Positions 1 through 9,176 of a stretch of 64,000 nucleotides of DNA are shown here, one piece after another. The DNA is from an uncultured Acidimicrobiaceae bacterium (lineage in GTDB: Bacteria; Actinomycetota; Acidimicrobiia; Acidimicrobiales; RAAP-2), in assembly GCA_963818915.1 (NCBI GenBank), contig CAWFTV010000015.1, positions 98,321-162,320 on the forward strand, written 5' to 3'. Position 1 is the stretch's first letter. The number at the start of each line of letters is the position of its first letter. The translations under genes and the position numbers were made by a program. The notes under the pieces were generated by a model. It had not been told where the DNA came from, made no database searches, and saw only the letters and a list, made by a program, of their open reading frames with translations.

Positions 1-2232
1 GTCACGTCTGCCGTCGAAATGGTCAGCCCCGACACCGGTCAGCCCGCGTGCGCCTGTACCCACCCGATCAACCCGACGGACTTCGGGGTTATCTTCCCGC
101 CGACTGCGGGACGATCGCCGCTCAAGCTCGTCTCGGGCCGCTTGCCCGATCCGTCCGCCCCGAATCAGGTATTGGCGTCGTACACCCTGCAACAGGACGA
201 CGGGGTGCACATCGGGAGCGTGATCCAAGTCCCCTTCTACGCGCGGTCGCAGGCTGGGGCATACAACGACGCCACCGGCGCCGAACCGAAGCCTCTTGGT
301 CCGACCATCGACTTCCATGTGGTCGGCTTCGAAGCAACTGAATTCGAGTTCCCTTCGGGGTCGACTCCTTCGTACGACCTCTACACCACCCCGGCGTTTG
401 CAAAAACGGTGCTCTCGGGCACCCCCGCCGGCTACGTCTACCTGGTCAGCCTGCGGGGCGGTCAGGCCGGTCTTTCCCGGTTCAATGCGGCCTCCGTCTC
501 GTTGCGGGCGGCCGGCGTGGAGGGTGGCCAGGATCAAGACGGCGCGGCGACCGCTATTGCGACGTCCATCCATCCCCAGGCCATCGGGTGGTGGATCCTC
601 GCCATCCTCGCCGCACTCGTCGGGCTGGCCGTGGTCGGCCAGGCCCTGGCCCGCCAGAGCAGCGTCGAGAGCGAGGATTACCCGACGATGGCCGCCCTCG
701 GCGTCAGTCGGCGTCAGCTGGTGGCGCTCGGAATGGCCCAGATCCTGGTCATAGGGATGGTGGGGGCCGTGGGTACGGTGGCCGTGGCCACACTGCTCTC
801 ACCGATCGCCCCCCTCGGCGAGGCGCGCATCGCCGAGAACTCGACCGGGTTCGCCTTCGATGCGCCGGTGCTCCTGCTCGGGGCGCTCGCCACGTTGGCG
901 GTGGTGCTGGTTCTGGGCCTGTGGCCCGCCCTGCGGGCTGCGAAGGTGCGGCGGATCGGCGACCACCCCATTTCCTCGGGGCCATCACTTGTGGTGACCC
1001 ACTTGGCGGCCGCCGGCGCGCCGCCGAGCGCCGTCATCGGCGTCCGCAACGCGCTGGAGCGAAGGACCGGTGGGGTGAGCGTCCCTTTGGGGAGCGCCCT
1101 GCTCGGTACCGTGCTGGCCGTCCTGGCGCTGGCCGGGACGGCGGTATTCGGCGCCAGCCTTTCGCATCTGACTGCCACACCCCGCCTCTACGGTGACACC
1201 TTCCAACTGAACTTCACGGATCCGACAGCCGGAAAGCCGGACCCCGTCCTTTTGAAGAGCCTCGAACACAACAGGGCCGTCACGGGAATCACGGAGGGCG
1301 TCGCCACCGAGATCCTCGTGAACAGGACAACAGTGGGGGCTGTCGTGGGCACGGCCATCCGAAGCCAGCTCCTCCTCTCGACCGTCGCCGGACACCTTCC
1401 GATCAATGACCAAGAGATCGGCCTCGGTGCGTTGACGATGCGCCAGGTCGGAGCGCACGTCGGCTCACTCGTTCACGTCGGCCTGACGTTGCCGTCGGGC
1501 CAAAAGCGCTCCGGAACGTTTCACGTGGTGTCGCAGATCTCCTTTCCCGTGCTCGGCGGGGCCGTGAACCTGGGCACCGGCGCCGCGATCACGACGGCGG
1601 GTTACGAGAACACCCTGTGCCCTCCGGGTCCGGGGCGAGCAGCGTGCCTGAAGGGGGCCCTGGCGACCAGCAACGGCGGCGGGATGCTCGTGCGTGTGGT
1701 GCCCGGCCCGCAGGGGAGGGCAGCGGTCTCCCACTATCTCGACGCCTACCGATCGACGACAGCCCTTGCCATCACCCCCACCTCTCTGGTCAATTTCGGT
1801 GAGGCGGTCAACTTCCCCCTCATCTTCGGGGTCATGTTGGCCGTGGTCGGCGCGGCGACGCTGGCGCATCTCCTCGTGGTCAGCGTGGCGCGCCGCCGAC
1901 GGGAGATCGGGCTCCTCAAGGTGCTGGGGTTCGTCAACCGTCAGATTGCGGCCGCGGTGTCGTGGCAAGCCACGACGTTGGCACTGATCGGCATCGTCGT
2001 CGGCGTGCCCCTCGGGGTGGTGGCCGGAGAGGCGATATGGAATGCCTTCGCCAACAACCTCGGTGCCGTCCCGATCTCCGTCGTGCCGATCTGGCTGGTC
2101 GTCACGCTGGCGGTCGGCGTCCTGGTGGTGGCGAACCTCCTGGCCATCGGCCCCGCGCTGGTGGCCACCCGATCGAAGCCGGCGCGCCTTCTCCAACCGA
2201 CGCAGCGCAACGCCGTGTGGCGAACAATTTGA
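1..2232 (+). CDS. ABC-transporter permease, FtsX/MacB-like with two FtsX-type membrane blocks (5-prime end runs off the window)
   Basis: ORF 19..2232 stays open in the same frame back to base 1. The N-terminus begins inside a soluble loop with no first TM helix. There are two hydrophobic helix clusters (WWILAILAALVGLAVVG...; LIFGVMLAVVGAATLAHLLVV...REIGLLKVLGF...IGIVVGVPLGVV), as in FtsX-family permeases. Confidence 0.7.
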   Translation, partial: VTSAVEMVSPDTGQPACACTHPINPTDFGVIFPPTAGRSPLKLVSGRLPDPSAPNQVLASYTLQQDDGVHIGSVIQVPFYARSQAGAYNDATGAEPKPLGPTIDFHVVGFEATEFEFPSGSTPSYDLYTTPAFAKTVLSGTPAGYVYLVSLRGGQAGLSRFNAASVSLRAAGVEGGQDQDGAATAIATSIHPQAIGWWILAILAALVGLAVVGQALARQSSVESEDYPTMAALGVSRRQLVALGMAQILVIGMVGAVGTVAVATLLSPIAPLGEARIAENSTGFAFDAPVLLLGALATLAVVLVLGLWPALRAAKVRRIGDHPISSGPSLVVTHLAAAGAPPSAVIGVRNALERRTGGVSVPLGSALLGTVLAVLALAGTAVFGASLSHLTATPRLYGDTFQLNFTDPTAGKPDPVLLKSLEHNRAVTGITEGVATEILVNRTTVGAVVGTAIRSQLLLSTVAGHLPINDQEIGLGALTMRQVGAHVGSLVHVGLTLPSGQKRSGTFHVVSQISFPVLGGAVNLGTGAAITTAGYENTLCPPGPGRAACLKGALATSNGGGMLVRVVPGPQGRAAVSHYLDAYRSTTALAITPTSLVNFGEAVNFPLIFGVMLAVVGAATLAHLLVVSVARRRREIGLLKVLGFVNRQIAAAVSWQATTLALIGIVVGVPLGVVAGEAIWNAFANNLGAVPISVVPIWLVVTLAVGVLVVANLLAIGPALVATRSKPARLLQPTQRNAVWRTI

Positions 2233-2233
2233 G

Positions 2234-2307
2234 TCGGGCTGCCGGGATTTGAACCCGGGACCTCCTGCTCCCAAAGCAGGCGCGCTGCCAAGCTGCGCTA
2301 CAGCCCG
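2234..2307 (-). tRNA. tRNA-Pro (anticodon TGG)
   Basis: The reverse complement CGGGCTGTAGCGCAGCTTGGCAGCGCGCCTGCTTTGGGAGCAGGAGGTCCCGGGTTCAAATCCCGGCAGCCCGA folds as a cloverleaf. It has a 7-bp acceptor stem, a GCGC/GCGC D-stem, a CCTGC/GCAGG anticodon stem with loop TTTGGGA, and a CCGGG/CCCGG T-stem with a TTCAAAT loop. No CCA is encoded. Confidence 0.95.
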
Positions 2308-2512
2308 TTACTGCCGTTCGAGGAGGTACTTTACAGTCACCCGCCTTCGGCGCTGGTACGAAGAACGCTCTTCAGCGGGTACTCCGCCGAGTGGTGAGCG
2401 CACCAACGTTCCCGCCACACCCTGATCCGATCGTTCGCTCGCTCTCTAATGGCGCTTGCGTCGGTCGTGCTGTGATTGGGCTCGCTTGGCCTTCCGATTG
2501 CGACGGCCGGCA

Positions 2513-2632
2513 TCACTTCGCGGACGCGTGTTCCTCCTCGAGTTCCAGGTTCCTTCGTCGGCGGGTCATGGTGGAGATACCCCCGACGACGAGCACAACC
2601 GCCAGGAGGCTGAAGATCAGGACGTAGAACAT
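2513..2632 (-). CDS. hypothetical 39-aa single-pass membrane protein
   Basis: This is the C-terminal part of track ORF 2513..3847, starting at an internal ATG: MFYVLIFSLLAVVLVVGGISTMTRRRRNLELEEEHASAK. It has one clear TM helix and a basic tail. No convincing Shine-Dalgarno sequence precedes it. The rest of the long ORF is antisense to the 2984..5215 gene. Confidence 0.3.
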   Translation of the reverse strand: MFYVLIFSLLAVVLVVGGISTMTRRRRNLELEEEHASAK

Positions 2633-2983
2633 CGACTCATTTGACCATGGATCAGGGGACGGTGAACGCACGTTGCGGCTTGTGCCCCCACGCCCATCCG
2701 TACTGCTCGCCGGCGCAGGGGTCAGGTCGTGCGGGGTTTCTCCAAGGTGAACGTGTCGTACAGGACGGGCTCCCGACCTGGTCCGCCGTCCGCGACGCCG
2801 CAACGGGAGGCCCCGCTCCGCCCTGCGGTAACCTGCCCGGGACCCAGAATTCGGGTTGGCGGATACCGTCGAAGCGTGGGAGACGTCCGTGCAACTGGAT
2901 CGGGGCACTAAAGGATGACGCAGACAATGCACGAGGGCCAGCCGGTCCACGTCCAGGCGCCGCCCATCAGGACGCACTGAAGT

Positions 2984-5215
2984 ATGCCCAAGAAGCAACC
3001 CCGCCCCCGGGTGGGACGCGGTGGCTCCGGTCGGGCGCGGGTCGCCGTCGTTGGCCTCCTCGGCCTCCTGACCTTCTCCCTCAGCGTGGCGGTTCCCACG
3101 ACGGGTGCGGTCACGGCCGCTCCGGCGTCCGTAGGGTCTGCCGGTCACCCCGCGGCGACCTCCCACTTCACCTCCCGCACCGCTGTGCGGGCGTCCGGGG
3201 AGGATCCGAATTCGAAGACGGCTGACCAGCTGGACGCGGCCACCCCCGACGGCCAGGGCTACTGGCTGGTGGCCTCCGACGGCGGCATCTTCACCTTCGG
3301 TGACGCCGGCTACTTCGGTTCGACCGGAGGGATCCACCTGAACCAGCCGATCGTCGGCATGGCGGCCACCCCCGACGGCCAGGGCTACTGGCTGGTGGCC
3401 TCCGACGGCGGCATCTTCAGCTTCGGCGACGCGGCCTTCTACGGCTCGACCGGCAACCTGCACCTGAACCAGCCGATCGTCGGCATGGCGGCCACCCCCG
3501 ACGGCCAGGGCTACTGGCTGGTGGCCTCCGACGGCGGCATCTTCAGCTTCGGCGACGCCGCCTTCTACGGCTCGACCGGCAACCTGCACCTGAACCAGCC
3601 GATCGTCGGCATGGCGACCACCCCCGACGGCCAGGGCTACTGGCTGGTGGCCTCCGACGGCGGCATCTTCAGCTTCGGCGCCGCCGCCTTCTACGGCTCG
3701 ACCGGCAAGATCCACCTGAACCAGCCGATCGTCGGCATGGCGGCCACGCCAGACAGCAAGGGCTACTGGCTGGTGGCCTCCGACGGCGGCATCTTCACCT
3801 TCGGTGACGCCGGCTACTTCGGTTCGGCACCAGCGTCCGATGGCCATGGCGACGTCGTGGCCCTGGCGGCCGCGTCGAACGGCCAGGGCTACTGGGTCGC
3901 CGGCGGTGACGGCGCCATCGATGCTTTCGGCGCGGCACCTTCCGAGGGGTCGATGTCCGGGCGGGCCCTGAACCGTCCCATCGTCGGTTTTGCGGCCGAG
4001 CCACAGGGCATTCCGGGCGTGGAGTCTCCCGCGGAGCTCTCGGTCACCACGACCTCCCTGGCGAACGCTGCGGCGGGCGTGCCCTATGGAGCCAGCCTGG
4101 CCGCGTCGGGGGGCACAGGGCCCTACTCGTGGACGCGCATCGCCGGGGTTCTTCCGCCCGGTCTGAACCTCACGTCCCGCGGCACGATCTCGGGCACTCC
4201 GAGTTCGCCGGGGCAGTCAACCTTCACCGTCTTGGTCACCGACAGTACGACGCCTGTCGCGCTCACGGCGAAGGCGACCCTCTCCATCACGGTCAGCGTG
4301 GCACCCCTGACCGTAGCCACGAAGTCCCTACCCAGCGCGGTGCTGGGTACCCCGTACCGGGCGGCGTTGACCGCACAAGGGGGCACGTCGCCCGACTCGT
4401 GGGCCCTCTTCTCCGGCGCCCTCCCCGCTGGTTTGAACCTCTCGTCCGGTGGCGTCATCACCGGCACACCGACCGAGCAGGGAAGTTCCGGTTTCACCGT
4501 GCAGGTCGTCGACAGTGAGTCGCCGACCCGACAGTCGGCGACGGCCGTGCTCTCGATTCCGGTCTTCCCATCGCCGGGAGCCGCTTCTACCCTGGACTCT
4601 TCCAACTGGTCGGGTTACATCGAGTCCGGTGGGCCGTTCTCGCAGGTCATGGGCACCTTCACCGTGCCTTCACTCCCGGCCGAGACGCCACCGGCCGACC
4701 AGATGTCGGTGTGGGTCGGTATCGACGGAGGGAATGGGGACAACTCGCTCATCCAGGCCGGGTTCAACGAGTCCCCCGATTCCTCCAGCCCGAGCGGATT
4801 CGTGATCCAACCATGGTGGGAAATCCTCCCCGCCTCGGAGACCTACATAAACAGTGTGGACATCGCGGCCGGCGATACCGTGACAGTGGCCATCGAGCAC
4901 GTCAACGGGACCCAATGGGGCATCACACTCACCGACAACACCAACGGGCAGAGCTTTACGACCGACCAGGCGTACACCGGACCCGCCTCGACCGCGGAAT
5001 GGATCGTCGAAGCGCTCACGGTGAATGGCGGAGTGAGCACGCTGGCGCCCTACTCACCGGCTGTCGGCTTCAGCGACCTGGGCTTCGTCGGATCCGACAC
5101 CACGTTGCAAGAAGTCGTGATGATGCAGGGCGGCTCGCAGGTATCCACACCGTCGGTGTTGACGACCAATGGATTCGATGTCGCCTACGGGTCGTCCCCG
5201 CCCGCCGGGCCCTGA
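2984..5215 (+). CDS. secreted multidomain protein: signal peptide, about 6 propeller-type 42-aa repeats, 2 Ig-like (He_PIG-type) domains, C-terminal peptidase G1 (eqolisin/Peptidase_A4-like) domain
   Basis: The N-terminal signal is RARVAVVGLLGLLTFSLSVAVPTTGAVTAAPA. The repeat is [42 protein letters not shown]. There are two segments with the ...LPPGLNLTSRGTISGTPSSPGQSTFTVLVTDS... pattern. The C-terminus carries SNWSGY, VWVGIDG, SLIQAGF, WWEILP and AEWIVEA, which match the G1 glutamic-peptidase signature, including the catalytic Gln and Glu contexts. Confidence 0.85.
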   Translation: MPKKQPRPRVGRGGSGRARVAVVGLLGLLTFSLSVAVPTTGAVTAAPASVGSAGHPAATSHFTSRTAVRASGEDPNSKTADQLDAATPDGQGYWLVASDGGIFTFGDAGYFGSTGGIHLNQPIVGMAATPDGQGYWLVASDGGIFSFGDAAFYGSTGNLHLNQPIVGMAATPDGQGYWLVASDGGIFSFGDAAFYGSTGNLHLNQPIVGMATTPDGQGYWLVASDGGIFSFGAAAFYGSTGKIHLNQPIVGMAATPDSKGYWLVASDGGIFTFGDAGYFGSAPASDGHGDVVALAAASNGQGYWVAGGDGAIDAFGAAPSEGSMSGRALNRPIVGFAAEPQGIPGVESPAELSVTTTSLANAAAGVPYGASLAASGGTGPYSWTRIAGVLPPGLNLTSRGTISGTPSSPGQSTFTVLVTDSTTPVALTAKATLSITVSVAPLTVATKSLPSAVLGTPYRAALTAQGGTSPDSWALFSGALPAGLNLSSGGVITGTPTEQGSSGFTVQVVDSESPTRQSATAVLSIPVFPSPGAASTLDSSNWSGYIESGGPFSQVMGTFTVPSLPAETPPADQMSVWVGIDGGNGDNSLIQAGFNESPDSSSPSGFVIQPWWEILPASETYINSVDIAAGDTVTVAIEHVNGTQWGITLTDNTNGQSFTTDQAYTGPASTAEWIVEALTVNGGVSTLAPYSPAVGFSDLGFVGSDTTLQEVVMMQGGSQVSTPSVLTTNGFDVAYGSSPPAGP
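3241..3996 (+). repeat. in-frame 126-bp tandem repeat, 5 good copies plus 1 degenerate copy (the propeller blades of the 2984..5215 gene)
   Basis: The unit starts (cacccccgac...) at 3241, 3367, 3493, 3619 and 3745. Copies 3367-3492 and 3493-3618 differ at only 2 of 126 positions by eye. Confidence 0.9.
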
Positions 5216-5250
5216 TCGGGCCGCCCCGGAGTCGCCCCCCGGCCCCGGCG

Positions 5251-6600
5251 CTAACCCGGCTGGACGGCCAGCAGATGCCACTCGCCGGGTACGCCCTTGA
5301 GCGTGTGTTGCCCGCGATCGTCGAAGACGATGCCCGATCCGATGACAAGGTCGCGCACGGTGCCGGTGGCCCGTGTCTCGCCCGGCTCGGCCAGGGCGCT
5401 GACTCGCGCCGCGATGTGGACGGCCAGTCCTCCGATGTCATCGCCGCGTAGCTCAATCTCGCCCACGTGCAGTCCGGCCCGGATCTCGATGCCGAAGTTC
5501 CTCGCGGTCTCCATCATGGCCATGGCGCACCGGACCCCTTGTGTGGGCCCGGAGAAGCGGGCCAAGGTGCCGTCACCCGTGTTCTTCACGAAGATGCCGT
5601 CGTAGCGAGCCAGGAGACGCTGGACGTTGACGTCGTACTCGTCGAGCACGTTACGCCAGCGGCGGTCGCCCGACGCGGCCGCCCGAACGGTCGAGTCGAC
5701 GATGTCGACGAACAGCACGGTGGCCAGAATTCTCTCGTTGCGGTGACCGCGCCGGCCTCCGGTCAAGAACTCCTCGATCTCGTCGACAATGCCGTCGAAC
5801 TCCCCGGACCACGGCAGCATGTCGGTTCCGGGAAATGTCTTGAACAGCGCACCGGGGATCGACTCGCTCAAGAAGCGACCGTGTTCGACGAAGTCGGCCA
5901 GCGCTCCGGTGCGCGAGATCACCAGCGTCGGGCTTGCGATATCGCCGAGATGCGCGCGCAGGTCGGCCGAGAAGGTCATCACGTTCCACGCGATCGCCGT
6001 GGCCGGGCTGGCCCCCCGTCGCGCCGCTCTGCCCCACCATTCCTGGAATCCGACCCGGTGGGCGAGGCTGGGCACATACGTCTCGATGTCGATCGGCGTG
6101 TCGCCCGTGGCCCGTCGATTCTCGATGGTCAACGGGATGGTGGTGAGGATGTCGTCGGGGATGCCGATCGGGTAGTCGTGGGCTCGGACCACCCTGGCTG
6201 TCCCGTTGATCAGCACCAACGAGCGCACGCGGGCGGGATGGTGTGCCGCCAGCCAGATCGCCGGCATGGAGCCCCCGCTGGAAGCGACGACGTCCGCCTG
6301 CTCGATGCCGACATCGTCCATGACGGCCAGCGCATCCGCCGCCCAGGCTTCGATGCTCGGCGTGACGCCGGTCGCCAGCGGGTCCGACAGGCCGAGGCCG
6401 AGGGCATCGAAACGGATCAGCCGACTGAAAGACGCCAGGCTCTCCTCATAGCGCAGCCAGCTGGGCTCCTCGGAGGTCTCGTCGATGGAGATCATCAGCC
6501 CGTTGTTGAATTCGAGGACGTCGAGTGGCCCCTCGCCCCAGACCTGGTAGCCGATGTGCTGGCCTTCCCGCCGGGCATAGACGGTCTCGGGCACCCCCAT
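5251..6600 (-). CDS. alpha/beta-hydrolase fused to a class III adenylate/guanylate cyclase domain (LipJ/Rv1900c-like architecture)
   Basis: The N-terminal half resembles an alpha/beta hydrolase (DVVASSGGSMPAIWLAAHHPARVRSLVLING). The C-terminal half has ATVLFVDIVDSTVRAA...FVKNTGDGTLARFSGP...GIEIRAGLHVGEIELRGDDIGGLAVHIAARV, the typical class III cyclase core. Confidence 0.85.
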   Translation of the reverse strand: MGVPETVYARREGQHIGYQVWGEGPLDVLEFNNGLMISIDETSEEPSWLRYEESLASFSRLIRFDALGLGLSDPLATGVTPSIEAWAADALAVMDDVGIEQADVVASSGGSMPAIWLAAHHPARVRSLVLINGTARVVRAHDYPIGIPDDILTTIPLTIENRRATGDTPIDIETYVPSLAHRVGFQEWWGRAARRGASPATAIAWNVMTFSADLRAHLGDIASPTLVISRTGALADFVEHGRFLSESIPGALFKTFPGTDMLPWSGEFDGIVDEIEEFLTGGRRGHRNERILATVLFVDIVDSTVRAAASGDRRWRNVLDEYDVNVQRLLARYDGIFVKNTGDGTLARFSGPTQGVRCAMAMMETARNFGIEIRAGLHVGEIELRGDDIGGLAVHIAARVSALAEPGETRATGTVRDLVIGSGIVFDDRGQHTLKGVPGEWHLLAVQPG

Positions 6601-6681
6601 AGTGGATGCAGTCTGCCGTGCGCATGGACCTTTCGCGTCGGGGAGATCAACCAGGAGCGCCCGGGAACAAACCGAAGACGG

Positions 6682-6837
6682 TCAGTCCTTCTTCTTGCCC
6701 AGGATGCGGTTCATTTTGGTGCCGCAGGTCGGACACAGCCCCTGAGCGGCCCGGCGGCCGTTGGCCAGTTCGACTTCCTGGCCGTCGAATTCGCGCTTTT
6801 CGCGGCACTTCACGCAATAACCCTCGTAGTTAGCCAT
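6682..6837 (-). CDS. 51-aa zinc-ribbon protein (DUF5679-like)
   Basis: It is not in the ORF track because it is shorter than 60 aa. The reverse-strand ATG at 6837 to TGA at 6682 gives MANYEGYCVKCREKREFDGQEVELANGRRAAQGLCPTCGTKMNRILGKKKD. It has two CxxC pairs and matches, from memory, the small actinobacterial DUF5679 proteins. Confidence 0.75.
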   Translation of the reverse strand: MANYEGYCVKCREKREFDGQEVELANGRRAAQGLCPTCGTKMNRILGKKKD

Positions 6838-7137
6838 GACAACTCCTCTATTCGGTCAGCCCCCGGTTTGCCTTCGCAAGCTAGCGGGGGGGTTCGGCGA
6901 AGGGGGGGATGCTCCGGCTCGATTAGGCACGGACCGGCTATCTTCAGGCACGTGACGAGGGCCCCGACGGACCGTGTGCGAACGGGTCTGCGCGGCGAAA
7001 CGACGCCCCCGAGGCCACCACGGGTCGGGACGAGGCCCTCGGGGTCGGCCTTTCGGGGTCCAGGGACGCCAGATTCGAGCGGCAGGGGGAACCCGTGGTG
7101 CCGGGCCGTTCCTGGCGGCCAGTAGAGTAGGAAGTTC

Positions 7138-8484
7138 GTGATGCGTGCCACCACAGAACCATTGGAGGGAAACCTCGTCCGCCTGAGCGTGGAGATCGAC
7201 GAACCGGAGTTCGACAGAGCTCTCGTGGGCGTCGTGAAGACGCTGGCCTCACAGATCCGGGTGCCCGGGTTCCGACCTGGCAAGGTGCCCCGCAAAGTGC
7301 TCGAAGCCCGTATGGGCGGCGCCGGTGCGCTGCGCGCCGAAGCCCTGCGGGAGTCGTTGCCGGACTTCTACGCCCGGGCCGTCGTCGACTCCGAAATCGA
7401 CCCCATCGCATCTCCCGAGATCGACATCACGGCCGGTGAGGAGAGCGGGGGCGTCAGCTTCGATGCCGTGGTCCAGGTTCGGCCGGTGGTTTCCATCCCC
7501 GGCTACGACGGGTTGCAGGTGACCCTGCCCGGCCTCGTGGTCAGCGACGAGGACATCGACGGCCAGGTCGACCGCCTGCGGGAGAACGACGCCGAGCTCG
7601 AGTCGGTCGGGCGCCCGGCCATCGACGGGGACCTGGTCTCCATCGACCTGCACGGCAACGACGCCAGCGACGCCGAGGTCGTGGGGATCGACGACTATCT
7701 CTACGAGGTGGGGTCGGGCACGATCACCCCCGAGCTCGATCTGGAGCTGCGCGGCGCCAAAACCGGTGCCATCCTCGCCTTCACCTCGCCCGCTCCCGGG
7801 AACGAGGACGAGATCATCTCGTTCCGGGTCCTGGTCAAAGACGTCAAGGTCAAGAAACTGCCGGAGCCGACCGACGAATGGGCCGCGGAGAGCTCCGAGT
7901 TCGCCACGGTGGCCGAACTGCGAGCCGACATCTCCGAACGCATGGCCCGGGTGAAGCTGGTGCAGAGCCAGATGGCGCTGCGCGAGAAGACGGTAGAAGC
8001 GGTGGCAGGCCTGGTGGACGACGGTGATGTTCCCGAGGTACTGGTCGATGGCGAGGTGAACGAGCGGCTGCACGACCTCCAGCACCGGTTGGAGGCACAG
8101 AAGCTGGGCCTGGGTGAATATCTCCAGGCCACGGGCCGCACGCCGGACGACTTGCTGGCGGCGGTGCGGGTCGACGCCCAGCGGGCGGTCAAGGCCGACC
8201 TGGCCTTACGCGCTCTCGCCGAGGCCGAGGAGCTCACCGTGACCGATGACGAGCTCGAGGCCGAAATCACCAGCATGGCCCAGCGGATGGAAACCTCGCC
8301 GGCCGAGCTGCGCCGCCAGCTCGACACGGCCGGACGGACGGGCGCGGTACGCTCGGAGCTACGAAAGAGCAAGGCGCTGCAGTGGCTTCTGGACCACGTG
8401 GAGCTCTTCGACGAAGAAGGCAACCCGATGTCACGGGATGACCTCAAGATCGACGCCGCGAAGGAGAGCGAGGAAAACGAGTGA
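7138..8484 (+). CDS. tig: trigger factor
   Basis: The N-terminus ...[21 protein letters not shown]...[19 protein letters not shown] is a classic trigger-factor N-domain. It sits upstream of clpP-clpX. The start is GTG 7138 or ATG 7141. Confidence 0.95.
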   Translation: MMRATTEPLEGNLVRLSVEIDEPEFDRALVGVVKTLASQIRVPGFRPGKVPRKVLEARMGGAGALRAEALRESLPDFYARAVVDSEIDPIASPEIDITAGEESGGVSFDAVVQVRPVVSIPGYDGLQVTLPGLVVSDEDIDGQVDRLRENDAELESVGRPAIDGDLVSIDLHGNDASDAEVVGIDDYLYEVGSGTITPELDLELRGAKTGAILAFTSPAPGNEDEIISFRVLVKDVKVKKLPEPTDEWAAESSEFATVAELRADISERMARVKLVQSQMALREKTVEAVAGLVDDGDVPEVLVDGEVNERLHDLQHRLEAQKLGLGEYLQATGRTPDDLLAAVRVDAQRAVKADLALRALAEAEELTVTDDELEAEITSMAQRMETSPAELRRQLDTAGRTGAVRSELRKSKALQWLLDHVELFDEEGNPMSRDDLKIDAAKESEENE

Positions 8485-9131
8485 TGATGAGCGCAAGTGA
8501 TCGGTACAGGGCGCAGAACTATCTGGTGCCCACAGTCATTGAATCCTCCAACCGCGGTGAGCGGGCCTACGACCTCTACTCACGCCTCCTGCGTGAGCGC
8601 ATCATCTTCCTCGGCACTCCGGTGGACGACACCGTGGCCAACCTGGTGTGCGCGCAGATGCTGTTCTTGGAGTCCGAGGAGCCGGACAAGGAGATCCACC
8701 TGTACATCAACTCGCCCGGAGGGGACATCACCGCACTGTTCGCCATCTACGACACGCTCAAGTTCATCAAGCCCGACGTGTCCACGTTCTGTTACGGCCA
8801 GGCTGCCTCGGCCGCTGCGGTGCTGCTGGCCGCCGGCGCCCCGGGCAAGCGGTTCGCTCTCCCGCACGCTCGGATCCTTCTCCACCAACCGTGGGGCGGG
8901 GTCGAAGGTCAGGCGAGCGACATCGAGCTCCAGGCCAAGGAGATCCTGCGCATGCGCGATCTGCTCACCAGCATGTTGGCCGAGGACACCGGACAGACCC
9001 ATGAGAAGGTCACCAAGGACACCGATCGAGACTTCATCATGACGGCGGACGAGGCGGTAACCTACGGCGTGATCGATGAGATCATCACCTCTCGTACTAT
9101 CGCCCCGCTCGAAGCAATCGGCGCGGCGTAG
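8481..9131 (+). CDS. clpP: ATP-dependent Clp protease proteolytic subunit
   Basis: [30 protein letters not shown]...[17 protein letters not shown]...[14 protein letters not shown]...HARILLHQP. The start overlaps the tig stop. Confidence 0.95.
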   Translation: MMMSASDRYRAQNYLVPTVIESSNRGERAYDLYSRLLRERIIFLGTPVDDTVANLVCAQMLFLESEEPDKEIHLYINSPGGDITALFAIYDTLKFIKPDVSTFCYGQAASAAAVLLAAGAPGKRFALPHARILLHQPWGGVEGQASDIELQAKEILRMRDLLTSMLAEDTGQTHEKVTKDTDRDFIMTADEAVTYGVIDEIITSRTIAPLEAIGAA

Positions 9132-9176
9132 GCCTTCGAGAACGTCGCGGCGAGAGTAGCGGGGAGAGGGGATTCG

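Noticed and set aside
3241-3996. Regular repeats considered as a possible CRISPR array
   Set aside because: The units are contiguous 126-bp repeats with no unique spacers. They are in frame and translate to propeller blades inside a long ORF.
6990-7130. Possible tRNA or small RNA upstream of tig (T-loop-like agattcgagc, several short hairpins)
   Set aside because: I could not fold a cloverleaf: there is no acceptor stem or anticodon arm. The hairpins are short and typical of GC-rich divergent promoter regions.
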